A DNA stretch of 42,609 nucleotides, taken from assembly GCA_964568815.1 (NCBI GenBank), contig CAZMRY010000002.1:1-42609 (forward strand), in the 5' to 3' direction. A model generated the notes under the pieces. It made no database searches. It saw only the letters and a list, made by a program, of their open reading frames with translations, and was not told the DNA's origin. The first letter of the stretch is position 1; each line of letters opens with the position of its first letter. The position numbers and the translations under genes are program-made. Source of the stretch: an uncultured Eubacteriales bacterium (GTDB taxonomy: Bacteria; Bacillota; Clostridia; RGIG6154). This document shows, one piece after another, positions 29,270 to 40,050 of the stretch.

Positions 29270-30217
29270 ATGAAAATTACAATTTTAGACAGAAACACAG
29301 TTACAATAGGAGATATTGATTTTTCACCGCTTGATAATCTTGGTGATGTTGTATACTATGATGCAGCAGAACATTCTGAAGTTGCAGAACTCATTGGAAA
29401 TTCTGATGCTGTTATTTGCAACAAAGCAAAAATAACTGCTGATGTTATTGATAAATGTCCAAACCTAAAATATATCGGCTTATTTGCAACAGGGTATAAT
29501 AATATTGACATAGAATATGCAGCAAAAAAAGGCATTGTTGTTTGTAATGCACCGGGGTATTCAAGAGATTCAGTAGTTCAGCATGTTTTCGCATTGTTAT
29601 TTCAGATAGCAGGCAGTATTAACAGATATGACACTTTCGTAAAAGATGGAAACTGGACCTTAAGTCCGCTGTTTTCATGTTTTCCTTTTCCAATAATTGA
29701 ACTTGCAGGCAAAACTATGGGTATTATTGGCTATGGTGATATTGGTAAGAAGGTTGCCACGGTTGCAAAGGCACTTGGTATGAATGTAGTAATATCAACC
29801 AGAAGAAAACCTGACTACTGCGAATTTGAAGTTTTATCAAAAGAAGAGCTGTTTGCTGTTGCTGATGTTATAAGTCTTAACTGCCCGCTTACTAAAGATA
29901 CCGAAAAGATGATAAATAAACAAACATTATCTCTTATGAAGAAGAATGCAATTTTAATTAATACATCAAGAGGTGGTGTGATAGATGAAAACGCACTTTG
30001 TGAGGCATTAAACAATGAAACTATTTTTGCAGCAGGACTTGATGTTTTAACAGAAGAACCGATGAGTAAAGATTGTCCTTTAATAAATGCCAAAAATTGC
30101 ATTATAACACCTCATACTGCATGGGCGTCAGCAGAGGCAAGGAAACGACTCGTTCTTCTTGTGGCTGAAAATCTTAATTCATTTATAAAAGGAAAAATAA
30201 TAAATAAAGTAAATTAA
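29270..30217 (+). CDS. D-isomer-specific 2-hydroxyacid dehydrogenase (glycerate/hydroxypyruvate reductase-like)
   Basis: NAD motif [19 protein letters not shown] and catalytic His region ITPHTAW. Confidence 0.85.
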   Translation: MKITILDRNTVTIGDIDFSPLDNLGDVVYYDAAEHSEVAELIGNSDAVICNKAKITADVIDKCPNLKYIGLFATGYNNIDIEYAAKKGIVVCNAPGYSRDSVVQHVFALLFQIAGSINRYDTFVKDGNWTLSPLFSCFPFPIIELAGKTMGIIGYGDIGKKVATVAKALGMNVVISTRRKPDYCEFEVLSKEELFAVADVISLNCPLTKDTEKMINKQTLSLMKKNAILINTSRGGVIDENALCEALNNETIFAAGLDVLTEEPMSKDCPLINAKNCIITPHTAWASAEARKRLVLLVAENLNSFIKGKIINKVN

Positions 30218-30237
30218 TCAGAGAAAGGATTATTAAA

Positions 30238-31452
30238 ATGAGCGGTAAAATTAAAATGACAACTCCATTAGTTGAAATGGATGGAGACGAAATGACCAGA
30301 ATTATATGGAGGATGATTAAGGATATAATATTAATTCCTCATATTGATTTAAAAACTGAATACTATGATTTAGGACTTGTCCACAGAAATGAAACTGATG
30401 ATAAAGTTACATTTGAAAGTGCTGAGGCTACTAAAAAATATGGTGTTGCAGTAAAATGTGCTACAATCACACCAAATGCTGCAAGAATGCCTGAGTACAA
30501 TCTTAAAGAAATGTGGAAATCACCAAATGGCACTATAAGGGCTATTCTTGATGGAACAGTTTTCAGAACACCTATTCTGGTGAAAGGTATTACTCCTTAT
30601 ATCCCTACATGGACAAAACCAATTACTATTGCCCGTCATGCTTATGGCGATGTATATAAAAATGTTGAGATGAAGGTGGAAAGAGGTTCTAAGGCTGAGC
30701 TTGTTTGTACTGACAAAAATGGTAATGTTTCAAAAGAATTAATATATGATTTTTCAGACTCAGACGGTATAATTCAGGGACTTCACAATAAAGAAACTTC
30801 AATTGCAAGTTTCGCAAGAGCATGTTTTAACTTTGCTATTGATACAAAACAGGATTTGTGGTTTGCAACCAAAGATACTATTTCTAAAAAGTATGACCAT
30901 ACTTTTAAAGATATATTTGCTGAAATCTTTGAAAATGAGTATAAAGCAAAGTTTGATGAACTTGGTATAGAATATTTCTATACTTTGATAGACGATGCTG
31001 TGGCGAGAGTTGTTCGTTCAAATGGCGGATATATCTGGGCTTGTAAAAATTATGATGGTGATGTTATGTCAGATATGGTAGCAACAGCTTACGGTTCACT
31101 TGCTATGATGACATCAGTTCTTGTTTCACCTGACGGTGTATATGAATATGAAGCTGCACATGGAACTGTTCAGAGACATTACTATAAGCACCTTAAAGGT
31201 GAAAAAACCTCAACCAACTCTGTTGCTACTCTTTTTGCATGGACAGGCGCTTTAAGAAAAAGGGGAGAGCTTGATAATCTTCCTGAGCTTATGAAGTTTG
31301 CTGATGATTTAGAAAAAGCAACCATTATGACAATAGAAAACGGTATTATGACAGGAGACCTTGCAGCACTTTCAACACTTGAAAACAAGCAGGTTGTTGA
31401 TACTGAAACTTTCCTTGTTGAGGTTAATAATACTCTTGAAAGTATTATGTAA
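30238..31452 (+). CDS. icd: NADP-dependent isocitrate dehydrogenase (eukaryote-like homodimeric type)
   Basis: [14 protein letters not shown]-terminus, CATITP and NYDGDVMSD motifs; about 400 aa. Confidence 0.92.
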   Translation: MSGKIKMTTPLVEMDGDEMTRIIWRMIKDIILIPHIDLKTEYYDLGLVHRNETDDKVTFESAEATKKYGVAVKCATITPNAARMPEYNLKEMWKSPNGTIRAILDGTVFRTPILVKGITPYIPTWTKPITIARHAYGDVYKNVEMKVERGSKAELVCTDKNGNVSKELIYDFSDSDGIIQGLHNKETSIASFARACFNFAIDTKQDLWFATKDTISKKYDHTFKDIFAEIFENEYKAKFDELGIEYFYTLIDDAVARVVRSNGGYIWACKNYDGDVMSDMVATAYGSLAMMTSVLVSPDGVYEYEAAHGTVQRHYYKHLKGEKTSTNSVATLFAWTGALRKRGELDNLPELMKFADDLEKATIMTIENGIMTGDLAALSTLENKQVVDTETFLVEVNNTLESIM

Positions 31453-31458
31453 TGAAAA

Positions 31459-31533
31459 AGCAGTAAGCATTTGCCGAGTGTCATAAAGAACACTCGGCAT
31501 CGATATAAATACTTTCTCTTTAAGCTTACTGCT
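31459..31533. terminator. nested palindrome between convergent icd and rqcH (probable bidirectional terminator)
   Basis: Inner 10-bp stem TGCCGAGTGT/ACACTCGGCA (31472-81/31490-99). Outer 10-bp stem AGCAGTAAGC/GCTTACTGCT (31459-68/31524-33). A T-run follows on the - strand only. Confidence 0.55.
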
Positions 31534-31535
31534 AT

Positions 31536-33212
31536 TTAAAATGTTACATATGTTGTATTGTAGTAATCATATATTACCATACCTGGCTTTGCACCTGATG
31601 GTTTTTTAACATTCTTTACTTCTGTGAAATCAACAGGCGTTTTTGCACCTGATTTAGCTTTTGAATTTGCCGCTGCAAGCTTTGCAGCTTCAATTATTAT
31701 TTTATCAGGTATTTCTTCATCTTGCTTTTTTACAATGATAACATGCGAACCGGGAATATTTTTTGTGTGAAGCCACATATCGTGGCTTCTTGCTATTTTT
31801 AGAGTAAGGTAATCATTTTGTCTGTTATTTTTACCAACATATACACGATATCCATCAATTTCAAATTCTTTTGGCTTGAAAGCTTCTGATTTTTGTTTCT
31901 TTTTCTTTTTGTTATCTGTGGCTGTTATATAGCCTTCTGTTGTAAATTCTTCTTTAATTTCAAGAATTTCCTGTATTGTTTCTGCTCTTGTTAACGCATC
32001 TGCAACAGATTCAAGATAGTTAAGTTCTTTTTCTGTAATTTTGATCTGTATTTCAGATTGGGCTTCTGTTGTTTTTGCTTTATTATATTTTTGAAAATAC
32101 TTCTGTGCATTCTGTGATGGCGATAATTCAGGTGAAAGTTTAATAGTAATTTCAGGATAATTTTTATCAAAATAGTTTAATACTTTTACTTCCGAGACAC
32201 CTTCTTTAATTTGATAAATATTTGCTGTTATAAGCTCGCCATATTGCTTGAAATTTTCTCTGTTTGCGGAATCTAGAAGCTGTTGCCTGAAAATTTTCAG
32301 TTTTTTATTACATCTGTCTATGTTGTTTGACAGAAGTTTTTCCAACTGATATGAAAAATTATTTAATTTCTGTTTGGTTGCTTTTTCAAAGTAATATTTC
32401 TCTATTGCTTCAGAAATTGTTTCAGTATATATAACATTGAGTTTTCCTTCATATTGCTTAATTTCTGTAGCTGAAAAATCTAGTGGTGAGGAGTCTGAAT
32501 TGTATATTACGCAAGGTTTGAAATTGTTTTTTCTTATATCATCAAAAACTGATGTCAGAGCATTGTTATAATTTGTTTTTTCTGCAATGTAACAGATTTC
32601 CCGTGCTGTTATTTTACCAATTCCATATATTTTAGATAAAATGTCATTTTCAGGATTGTCTGGATTTATAGATATATGATTTAAATCGCTCTCCAAAGGA
32701 TTAAGTTTGTCCTGCTTTTGAGGAAATGTGTATGTCAACATTGGAAGTATCTGTCTTACTGTGCTGGTCGAAATATCAATTCGCTTTATACTGTCTATTA
32801 CTTTGTTTTCGCTGTCTATAAGTATAATGTTACTGTATTTTCCCATAAGCTCAATAATAAGCTTTTTAGTTGTCAGATCTGCAAGTTCATCATAACCCTG
32901 CAATTCAAAAATTATAATTCGTTCAAAATCGTACTGGGATACTGAAATAATTTTATATGATAAAAGATGTTTTCTCAATAGCATACAAAACATAGGTGCA
33001 ACTTCCGGATTGTCAAATTTATTGTTTGTAAGATATATTCTTGGGAAATTTGGATTAGCACTTATGTGAAGCTTTGTATTTCCTTTTAATGTGCGAAGAG
33101 AAATGATGATTTCATCTTTTTGAGGTTGATGTATTTTATCAATTTTAGCATTTATTAATATTTCTTTTGCCTCGTTAACAAAACATTTAACTACAGATGC
33201 ATCAAAAGCCAT
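31536..33212 (-). CDS. rqcH: ribosome quality control protein RqcH (NFACT / fibronectin-binding protein A family)
   Basis: NFACT-N N-terminus (MAFDASVV...), coiled-coil middle and C-terminal NFACT-R (WLHTKNIPGSHVII). Confidence 0.88.
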   Translation of the reverse strand: MAFDASVVKCFVNEAKEILINAKIDKIHQPQKDEIIISLRTLKGNTKLHISANPNFPRIYLTNNKFDNPEVAPMFCMLLRKHLLSYKIISVSQYDFERIIIFELQGYDELADLTTKKLIIELMGKYSNIILIDSENKVIDSIKRIDISTSTVRQILPMLTYTFPQKQDKLNPLESDLNHISINPDNPENDILSKIYGIGKITAREICYIAEKTNYNNALTSVFDDIRKNNFKPCVIYNSDSSPLDFSATEIKQYEGKLNVIYTETISEAIEKYYFEKATKQKLNNFSYQLEKLLSNNIDRCNKKLKIFRQQLLDSANRENFKQYGELITANIYQIKEGVSEVKVLNYFDKNYPEITIKLSPELSPSQNAQKYFQKYNKAKTTEAQSEIQIKITEKELNYLESVADALTRAETIQEILEIKEEFTTEGYITATDNKKKKKQKSEAFKPKEFEIDGYRVYVGKNNRQNDYLTLKIARSHDMWLHTKNIPGSHVIIVKKQDEEIPDKIIIEAAKLAAANSKAKSGAKTPVDFTEVKNVKKPSGAKPGMVIYDYYNTTYVTF

Positions 33213-33299
33213 AATTTACTCCTTGAATTTTTTGTTTAGTATATCATTATCGTTAAATTTTGTAAAGTGAAAATATATATGAAAAAGATTAAAAATATA

Positions 33300-33327
33300 T
33301 TGAAAAATTCTAAATTTGTGATATACT
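33300..33327 (+). promoter_or_regulatory. sigma-A promoter TTGAAA-16-TATACT with extended -10 TG
   Basis: TTGAAA 33300-33305 and TGATATACT 33319-33327. GGGGAG RBS before ATG 33361. Confidence 0.6.
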
Positions 33328-33360
33328 AATAGTATTGTTAATAGAGTGGGGAGATATTTT

Positions 33361-33546
33361 ATGAAAAGCGATACAGTATTATGCAGATGCTTCGGTATAA
33401 CATACGGAGAAATTGAAAAAGCTGTTAAAGACGGCGCGTCTACATATGATGAAGTCAGCGAAGCAACTCAGTGTGGTCAGGGCTGTGGCAGATGTGCTGC
33501 TGATATTGCCAAAATAGTAAAAGCTATACTCAAGGAGGCACAGTAA
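33361..33546 (+). CDS. BFD-like [2Fe-2S]-binding domain protein
   Basis: CRC...C..GCGRC cysteine pattern in 61 aa. Confidence 0.75.
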   Translation: MKSDTVLCRCFGITYGEIEKAVKDGASTYDEVSEATQCGQGCGRCAADIAKIVKAILKEAQ

Positions 33547-33547
33547 T

Positions 33548-34258
33548 ATGGAACAATGGAATGGGTTTGAAATTGACAAATTTTTATTTGAAGAACACAA
33601 TGCAGTAGTTGTTAAACCTAATGTAAAGCCAAACGGCAGATGGTTATATAAAACAGAATATTTTGGTGCTTTTCCTGATTTTGAGATAGCTATGCTTAGT
33701 AAAGGTTATCATCTTTGTTATGTTGCCACAAAAACAAGATGGGCAACTGATGAAGATATTGAAATTATGTATTCGTTCACTAAATTCGTTTCAGAAAAAT
33801 ATAACCTTGCTGAAAAATGTATTCCTGTTGGTATGAGCTGCGGTGGTCTTAAGGCTACTAAATTTGCAGAGTATCATCCTGAAAAAATAGCTGTTATGTA
33901 TATCGATGCTCCTGTTTTAAACATACTCAGTATGGCACTCGGTACTACAAACATAAACACATGGCAGGAACTGGTTAATGCATATGGCTTTTCTAAATCT
34001 ACCGTACTTAATTTCAGAGAAAGCCCAATAGATAAAATGAATGTCTTGCTTGAAAATAATATTCCTGTTATTATGGTTTATGGTGACGCAGACGAAACAG
34101 TTTGCTATTCAGAAAACGGAAAAGTTCTTGAAGAATATTATTTAAAAAACAATGGTAATATTAAAGTTATTTCAAAATCTATGTGCAATCATCATCCGCA
34201 TGGACTTGAAGATACAAGTATTATCGAAAAATTTATTGAAGACAATTATAAGGAGTAA
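33548..34258 (+). CDS. alpha/beta hydrolase fold protein, function unknown
   Basis: GMSCGG nucleophile-elbow-like motif, late DADE and HH/PHG motifs; 236 aa. Confidence 0.6.
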   Translation: MEQWNGFEIDKFLFEEHNAVVVKPNVKPNGRWLYKTEYFGAFPDFEIAMLSKGYHLCYVATKTRWATDEDIEIMYSFTKFVSEKYNLAEKCIPVGMSCGGLKATKFAEYHPEKIAVMYIDAPVLNILSMALGTTNINTWQELVNAYGFSKSTVLNFRESPIDKMNVLLENNIPVIMVYGDADETVCYSENGKVLEEYYLKNNGNIKVISKSMCNHHPHGLEDTSIIEKFIEDNYKE

Positions 34259-34261
34259 GTT

Positions 34262-35449
34262 ATGGAAATGAAAGATAAGGCTCTTGCTGAGCATTATAAC
34301 TGGAAAGGGAAAATAGAGGTAAAGTCTAAGATTGCTGTTAAAGACAGTGAAGCTTTATCCCTTGCATATACACCCGGAGTTGCAAGTGCGTGTCTTGAAA
34401 TTAAAGATGATATTGAAAAGTCATACCAGCTTACAAGAAGATGGAATCTTGTTGCTGTTGTAACAGATGGAACAGCGGTACTTGGTCTTGGTGACATTGG
34501 TCCTGAAGCAGGAATGCCTGTTATGGAAGGCAAATGCGTTCTTTTTAAAGAATTTGCTGATGTAGATGCTTTTCCTTTGTGCATAAAATCAAAAGATGTA
34601 GATGAGATTGTAAAAACTGTTTATAATATTTCTGGCAGTTTTGGCGGAATTAATCTTGAAGATATTGCCGCTCCAAAGTGCTTTGAAATTGAAAAAAGAC
34701 TTAAAGAAATATGTGATATTCCTGTTTTCCACGATGACCAGCACGGAACTGCAATCGTTGTTGCTGCGGCACTCATAAATGGATTAAAGGTTGTTAATAA
34801 AGAGATTGATAAAGTTAAAGTTGTAATCAACGGTGCAGGCTCTGCAGGAATTGCCATAGGAAAACACCTTTTAAATCTTGGTGTTAAAAATCTTATAATG
34901 TGCGATAAATTTGGTATAATATGTGAAGGTATGGAAGGGCTTAATCCTGCACATGAAGAAATAAGCAAGATTACAAACAAAGACAAAAAATCAGGCTCTT
35001 TAATAGATGCAATAAGTGGTGCAGATGTGTTTATCGGCGTTTCAGCACCAAATATTGTTTCTGAAGAAATGATTAAGTCTATGAATAAAGATGCAATTGT
35101 TTTCCCAATGGCAAACCCTGTGCCTGAAATTATGCCTGATATTGCAATGAAAGCTGGTGCAAAAGTGGTAGGTACCGGCAGATCTGATTTTAATAATCAG
35201 ATAAATAATGTTTTAGCTTTTCCAGGTATTTTCAGAGGTGCACTTGATGTAAGAGCAAGTGAAATAAATGAAGAAATGAAAGTTGCAGCATCTTTAGCTA
35301 TTGCATCGCTTGTTTCAGATGAAGAGCTGAATGAAAATTATATTTTACCTAAAGCTTTTGATGAAAGAATAGGGAAGACTGTTGCAAATGCTGTAGCAGA
35401 TGCAGCAATTAAAACAAATGTAGCAAGAATTAAATTAAACGGAGAGTGA
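34262..35449 (+). CDS. NAD(P)-dependent malic enzyme (short, oxaloacetate-decarboxylating type)
   Basis: [31 protein letters not shown] and GAGSAG motifs. Confidence 0.92.
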   Translation: MEMKDKALAEHYNWKGKIEVKSKIAVKDSEALSLAYTPGVASACLEIKDDIEKSYQLTRRWNLVAVVTDGTAVLGLGDIGPEAGMPVMEGKCVLFKEFADVDAFPLCIKSKDVDEIVKTVYNISGSFGGINLEDIAAPKCFEIEKRLKEICDIPVFHDDQHGTAIVVAAALINGLKVVNKEIDKVKVVINGAGSAGIAIGKHLLNLGVKNLIMCDKFGIICEGMEGLNPAHEEISKITNKDKKSGSLIDAISGADVFIGVSAPNIVSEEMIKSMNKDAIVFPMANPVPEIMPDIAMKAGAKVVGTGRSDFNNQINNVLAFPGIFRGALDVRASEINEEMKVAASLAIASLVSDEELNENYILPKAFDERIGKTVANAVADAAIKTNVARIKLNGE

Positions 35450-35454
35450 GTTTT

Positions 35455-36942
35455 TTGAGTTACAAAGTTGGCTTTGATAATGAAAAATACATAAAAATGC
35501 AATCTGAGCATATTGCTGAAAGAATTAATTCTTTTGGTGATAAGCTTTATCTTGAACTTGGCGGGAAATTATTTGATGATTTTCATGCATCAAGAGTTTT
35601 ACCAGGGTTTATGCCTGACAGTAAAATCAAAATGCTCACCAGTCTTAAAGACAAACTTGAAATTGTTATAGCAATAAGTGCTATTGATATCGTTAAAAAC
35701 AAAATCAGAGGCGATTATAATATAACTTATGACCTTGACACATTAAGACTTATAGATGCATTCAGATCTATTGGTTTTCTTGTCGGAAGTGTTGTAATTA
35801 CACAATATGGCGGTGAACCTGCAGTAAAGACCTTTAAAAACAGACTTGAAAAACTCGGTATAAATGTATATCTTCATTATCCGATTGAGGGTTACCCTGC
35901 TAACCTTGAGCTTATTGTAAGTGATGATGGATTTGGTAAAAACGATTATATAGAAACAACAAGGCCATTAGTTGTTGTTACTGCACCAGGTCCCGGAAGT
36001 GGTAAAATGGCAACTTGTCTGTCACAGCTTTATCACGAGCATAAACGAGGCATAAAAGCCGGCTATGCAAAATTTGAAACATTCCCCATATGGAATATCC
36101 CTCTCAAGCATCCTGTAAATCTTGCATATGAGGCCGCAACAGCTGATTTAAACGATCTTAATCTTATTGATCCGTTTCATTTGGAAGCGTATAATATTTC
36201 AGCAGTAAACTATAACAGAGATATTGAGGTTTTCCCTGTTCTTAATGCTATTTTTGAAAAAATTCTCGGTGAAAGCCCTTATAAATCGCCTACAGATATG
36301 GGTGTAAATATGGTTGGAAATTGCATATTTGATGATGACGCAGTGTGTGATGCTGCCAAAGATGAAATTATCAGAAGATATTATCAGACAATGTGCGACA
36401 ATGTTAAAGGCACAGTTGAAAAGAGTGCAGTTTATAAAACTGAGCTTATTATGAAACAGGCAGGTATTTCAACACAGGACAGAAGGGTTGTTGAAAAAGC
36501 ATTAGAAAGAGCGGAGCTTTCTGAAGGTCCTGCAGTAGCTATAGAGCTTACAAATGGTAAAATTGTAACAGGAAAAACATCTTCGCTTCTTGGTGCATCA
36601 TCAGCTGCTTTGCTAAACGCTCTTAAATGTCTTGCAGATATTGATGACGATGTTAAGCTTATTGCACCTGAAATTATAGAACCTGTTCAGGATTTAAAGG
36701 TAAATCATCTTGGAAACAGAAACCCAAGACTTCATACTGATGAAACATTAACTGCATTATCAATATCAGCAACAATGGATGAAAATGCTAAAAAAGCATT
36801 GTCAAAAATTGACGATTTAAAATATTCACAGGTTCATTCTACTGTAATTTTGTCTGAAATTGACAGGCAGATTTTTAAAAAATTGCATATGGATTTGACT
36901 CAGGAACCTGTTTATCAGTCTAAAAAACTGTATCACAGATAA
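35455..36942 (+). CDS. DUF1846 / UPF0371 family protein
   Basis: N-terminus VGFDNEKYIKMQSEHI and length of about 495 aa are typical of UPF0371. TTG 35455 lies 8 nt after GGAGAG; GTG 35446 is an alternative. Confidence 0.75.
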   Translation: MSYKVGFDNEKYIKMQSEHIAERINSFGDKLYLELGGKLFDDFHASRVLPGFMPDSKIKMLTSLKDKLEIVIAISAIDIVKNKIRGDYNITYDLDTLRLIDAFRSIGFLVGSVVITQYGGEPAVKTFKNRLEKLGINVYLHYPIEGYPANLELIVSDDGFGKNDYIETTRPLVVVTAPGPGSGKMATCLSQLYHEHKRGIKAGYAKFETFPIWNIPLKHPVNLAYEAATADLNDLNLIDPFHLEAYNISAVNYNRDIEVFPVLNAIFEKILGESPYKSPTDMGVNMVGNCIFDDDAVCDAAKDEIIRRYYQTMCDNVKGTVEKSAVYKTELIMKQAGISTQDRRVVEKALERAELSEGPAVAIELTNGKIVTGKTSSLLGASSAALLNALKCLADIDDDVKLIAPEIIEPVQDLKVNHLGNRNPRLHTDETLTALSISATMDENAKKALSKIDDLKYSQVHSTVILSEIDRQIFKKLHMDLTQEPVYQSKKLYHR

Positions 36943-36961
36943 CAAAGGAGAATGATATATT

Positions 36962-38242
36962 ATGAAAAATTGGAAAATTGACACTAAATGCCTTCAGTCA
37001 GGTTATGCACCGGGAAATGGTGAACCAAGACAGATACCAATAATACAAAGTACAACATTTAAATATGCAACAAGTGAAGAAATGGGTAAACTATTTGACC
37101 TTGAAGCATCAGGATATTTCTATTCAAGACTTCAGAACCCAACAAATGATTATGTTGCAGCAAGAATATGCGAACTTGAAGGCGGTACTGCTGCAATGCT
37201 TACAGCTTCAGGTCAGGCTGCATCTTTCTACAGCATATTTAATATAGCAGAATGTGGCAGCCATATTGTATGTTCATCAAGTATTTATGGTGGTACATTT
37301 AATCTTTTCTCTGTTACAATGAAAAAAATGGGAATTGAATTCACTTTTGTTAATCCTGATTGCAGCGATGAAGAATTAAATGCTGCTTTCAAAGAAAATA
37401 CTAAGGCTGTATTTGGTGAAACAATTGCAAACCCATCACTTGTTGTTCTTGATATTGAAAGATTTGCAAAAGCTGCTCATTCACATGGTGTACCACTTAT
37501 TGTTGATAATACATTTGCGACACCTGTAAACTGCAGACCTTTTGAATTTGGTGCAGATATTGTTATTCATTCTACAACAAAATATATGGATGGTCACGCA
37601 TCGGCAGTTGGTGGTTGCATTGTTGATTCAGGTAAATTTGACTGGACAAAATATCCTGAAAAATTCCCTGGTCTTTGCACACCTGACGAAAGTTATCACG
37701 GAATAACATATACAGAAAGATTCGGAATAGAGGGCGCATACATAACAAAGGCTACTACACAGCTTATGAGAGATTTAGGCTCAATTCAGTCACCATTCAG
37801 TGCTTATCTTTTAAATCTTGGACTTGAAAGCTTACCGCTTAGAATGAAAAAACACTGTGAAAATGCAGAAACTGTTGCAAAATATCTTGCAAATAATGAT
37901 AAAATAGCTTGGGTAAATTATTGCTCACTTGAAGGCAACAAATATTATGAACTTGCTCAAAAATATCTTAAAAACGGTTCTTGTGGTGTAATCAGCTTCG
38001 GCATTAAAGGTGGCAGACAAGCAGCAGAAAAATTTATGAAAAATTTAAAACTTGCATCTATAGAAACTCATGTAGCAGATTCTAAAACATGCTGCCTGCA
38101 TCCTGCAAGCACAACTCATCGTCAGTTAAGTGATGCAGAACTTGAAGCTTGTGGCGTATCTCCTGACCTTATTAGATTTTCTTGCGGCCTTGAAAATGCA
38201 GAAGATATTATTGCTGATATTGATCAGGCTTTAAACATATAA
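36962..38242 (+). CDS. metY: O-acetylhomoserine aminocarboxypropyltransferase / sulfhydrylase
   Basis: PLP-Lys motif HSTTKYMDGH and Cys/Met-metabolism PLP enzyme pattern; 426 aa. Confidence 0.92.
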   Translation: MKNWKIDTKCLQSGYAPGNGEPRQIPIIQSTTFKYATSEEMGKLFDLEASGYFYSRLQNPTNDYVAARICELEGGTAAMLTASGQAASFYSIFNIAECGSHIVCSSSIYGGTFNLFSVTMKKMGIEFTFVNPDCSDEELNAAFKENTKAVFGETIANPSLVVLDIERFAKAAHSHGVPLIVDNTFATPVNCRPFEFGADIVIHSTTKYMDGHASAVGGCIVDSGKFDWTKYPEKFPGLCTPDESYHGITYTERFGIEGAYITKATTQLMRDLGSIQSPFSAYLLNLGLESLPLRMKKHCENAETVAKYLANNDKIAWVNYCSLEGNKYYELAQKYLKNGSCGVISFGIKGGRQAAEKFMKNLKLASIETHVADSKTCCLHPASTTHRQLSDAELEACGVSPDLIRFSCGLENAEDIIADIDQALNI

Positions 38243-38259
38243 CTTTGGAGGTAAATTAA

Positions 38260-39186
38260 ATGCCTATAAAAATACCTAATACTTTGCCTGCTGTTCAAGT
38301 TCTTAACAACGAAAATATTTTTGTTATGACAGACACAAGGGCACAGTCTCAGGATATCAGACCCCTTAAAATTGTAGTTTTAAACTTAATGCCTCTTAAA
38401 ATAGAGACAGAGACACAACTTGCAAGACTTTTGGGAAATACTCCGCTTCAGATTGAAATGGAGCTTATCAGAACCAAGACATATAAGTCTAAAAATGTTT
38501 CTCAGGAGCATCTTATAGCTTTTTATAAGACCTTTGATGAAATTAAGGATAAATATTTTGATGGTATGATTATAACAGGTGCACCTGTAGAAAATATGGA
38601 GTTTGAAGAAGTTGAATACTGGTCGGAATTATGCGAAATAATGGAATGGACAAAAAGCCATGTTCACAGTACTTTCCATATTTGCTGGGGTGCACAGGCT
38701 GGTCTTTACTATCATTTTGGTATTAAGAAACATCAGATGGAAAGAAAGCTTTCAGGTGTATTCCCACATATTGCCGACCATAAAACTTCGATACTTTTCA
38801 GAGGTTTTGACGATGTGTTTATGGTTCCGCATTCAAGACATACAACTGTTTTACGCGAAGATATAGAAAAAGAACCCAAGCTTAAAATTCTGTCTTCTTC
38901 AGAAGAAGCGGGAGTGTTTGCTGTTTCAACCAAAAACGGTCGACAGATATTCATTACAGGTCATGCTGAATACGATACTGATACTCTTAAAAACGAGTAT
39001 CTGAGAGATTTGAAAGCAGGACTTGATAATGTTGATATGCCCAAAAATTATTTTCCTGATGACGATATTACAAAGCAACCGGTTTCTACATGGCGTTCAC
39101 ATGCACACCTTTTGTATTCAAACTGGTTAAACTATTTTGTATATCAGACAACACCATATAATGTTGAAGACATAAAGAAGGATTGA
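38260..39186 (+). CDS. metA: homoserine O-acyltransferase (MetA family)
   Basis: MPIKIP N-terminus, LNLMP and catalytic Cys region HICWGAQA; 308 aa. Confidence 0.92.
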   Translation: MPIKIPNTLPAVQVLNNENIFVMTDTRAQSQDIRPLKIVVLNLMPLKIETETQLARLLGNTPLQIEMELIRTKTYKSKNVSQEHLIAFYKTFDEIKDKYFDGMIITGAPVENMEFEEVEYWSELCEIMEWTKSHVHSTFHICWGAQAGLYYHFGIKKHQMERKLSGVFPHIADHKTSILFRGFDDVFMVPHSRHTTVLREDIEKEPKLKILSSSEEAGVFAVSTKNGRQIFITGHAEYDTDTLKNEYLRDLKAGLDNVDMPKNYFPDDDITKQPVSTWRSHAHLLYSNWLNYFVYQTTPYNVEDIKKD

Positions 39187-39188
39187 AA

Positions 39189-39992
39189 ATGAAAAAAATA
39201 ATCGATGCACATTGTCATATATATCCAGATAAAATAGCGCTTAAAGCATCAACTGCAACCGGAAGCTTCTATGATATCCCTTGTAAATGCGACGGAAAGG
39301 TAAGCACGATGCTTGAAGAAGGAGAGAAAGCAGGAGTTACGCATTATATAATTCAATCTGTTGCAACAACACCTGCTCAGGTTCCCAGTATTAATAAATT
39401 TATTGCAGATGAAGTTAATAAAGCTGACGGAATTATGACCGGACTCGGTACAATGCATCCAGATTGTGAAGATAAAGAAAAAGAAATAAAAAACATTATT
39501 TCTCTTGGTCTTAAAGGTGTAAAACTTCATCCCGATATCCAGGGCTTTAAGATTGATGATTACCGTATGCTTAAAATATATGAGCTGTGTGAAAAATACA
39601 ACCTCGTTATACTAATGCACACAGGTGACATACGATATGACTATTCAAATTCAAACAGAATGTTGCCAATAATTGAGATATATAAAAATCTTAAAGTAAT
39701 CGGAGCACACTTAGGCGGATGGTCAATATGGGAAGAAGCATCAGAAAAATTAGCACATCATGATAATTTTTTTGTTGATTGTTCTTCCTCTCTTTATGCG
39801 TTGACACCTGAAAAAGCATCTGAAATCATTAAAAAGTATGGTGCAGATAAGGTTTTGTTCGGTACAGATTACCCTATGTGGACACCGACAGAGGAGTTGG
39901 AACGATTTAATAAGCTTGACCTTACTGACATGGAAAGGGAACATATACTGCATATTAATGCAGAAAATTTATTTGATATTAAGGAGCCTTAA
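39189..39992 (+). CDS. amidohydrolase-family TIM-barrel metal-dependent hydrolase
   Basis: IDAHCHIYP metal-binding N-terminus, HTG and FGTDYP motifs. ATG 39189 follows AAGAAGGA. Confidence 0.78.
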   Translation: MKKIIDAHCHIYPDKIALKASTATGSFYDIPCKCDGKVSTMLEEGEKAGVTHYIIQSVATTPAQVPSINKFIADEVNKADGIMTGLGTMHPDCEDKEKEIKNIISLGLKGVKLHPDIQGFKIDDYRMLKIYELCEKYNLVILMHTGDIRYDYSNSNRMLPIIEIYKNLKVIGAHLGGWSIWEEASEKLAHHDNFFVDCSSSLYALTPEKASEIIKKYGADKVLFGTDYPMWTPTEELERFNKLDLTDMEREHILHINAENLFDIKEP

Positions 39993-40006
39993 ATGGCTCT
40001 TTTTTT
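39983..40006 (+). terminator. intrinsic terminator after the amidohydrolase gene
   Basis: GAGCC-TTAAAT-GGCTC followed by TTTTTTT. The stem is short. Confidence 0.55.
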
Positions 40007-40050
40007 ATGGACTGGCAAAAATATACATTTTTTTCATATAAAGTTATGAG

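Noticed and set aside
36943-36961. S-box/SAM riboswitch or T-box upstream of metY
   Set aside because: The gap is only 19 nt, so there is no room for a riboswitch. The leader at 33213-33360 also lacks recognisable S-box elements.
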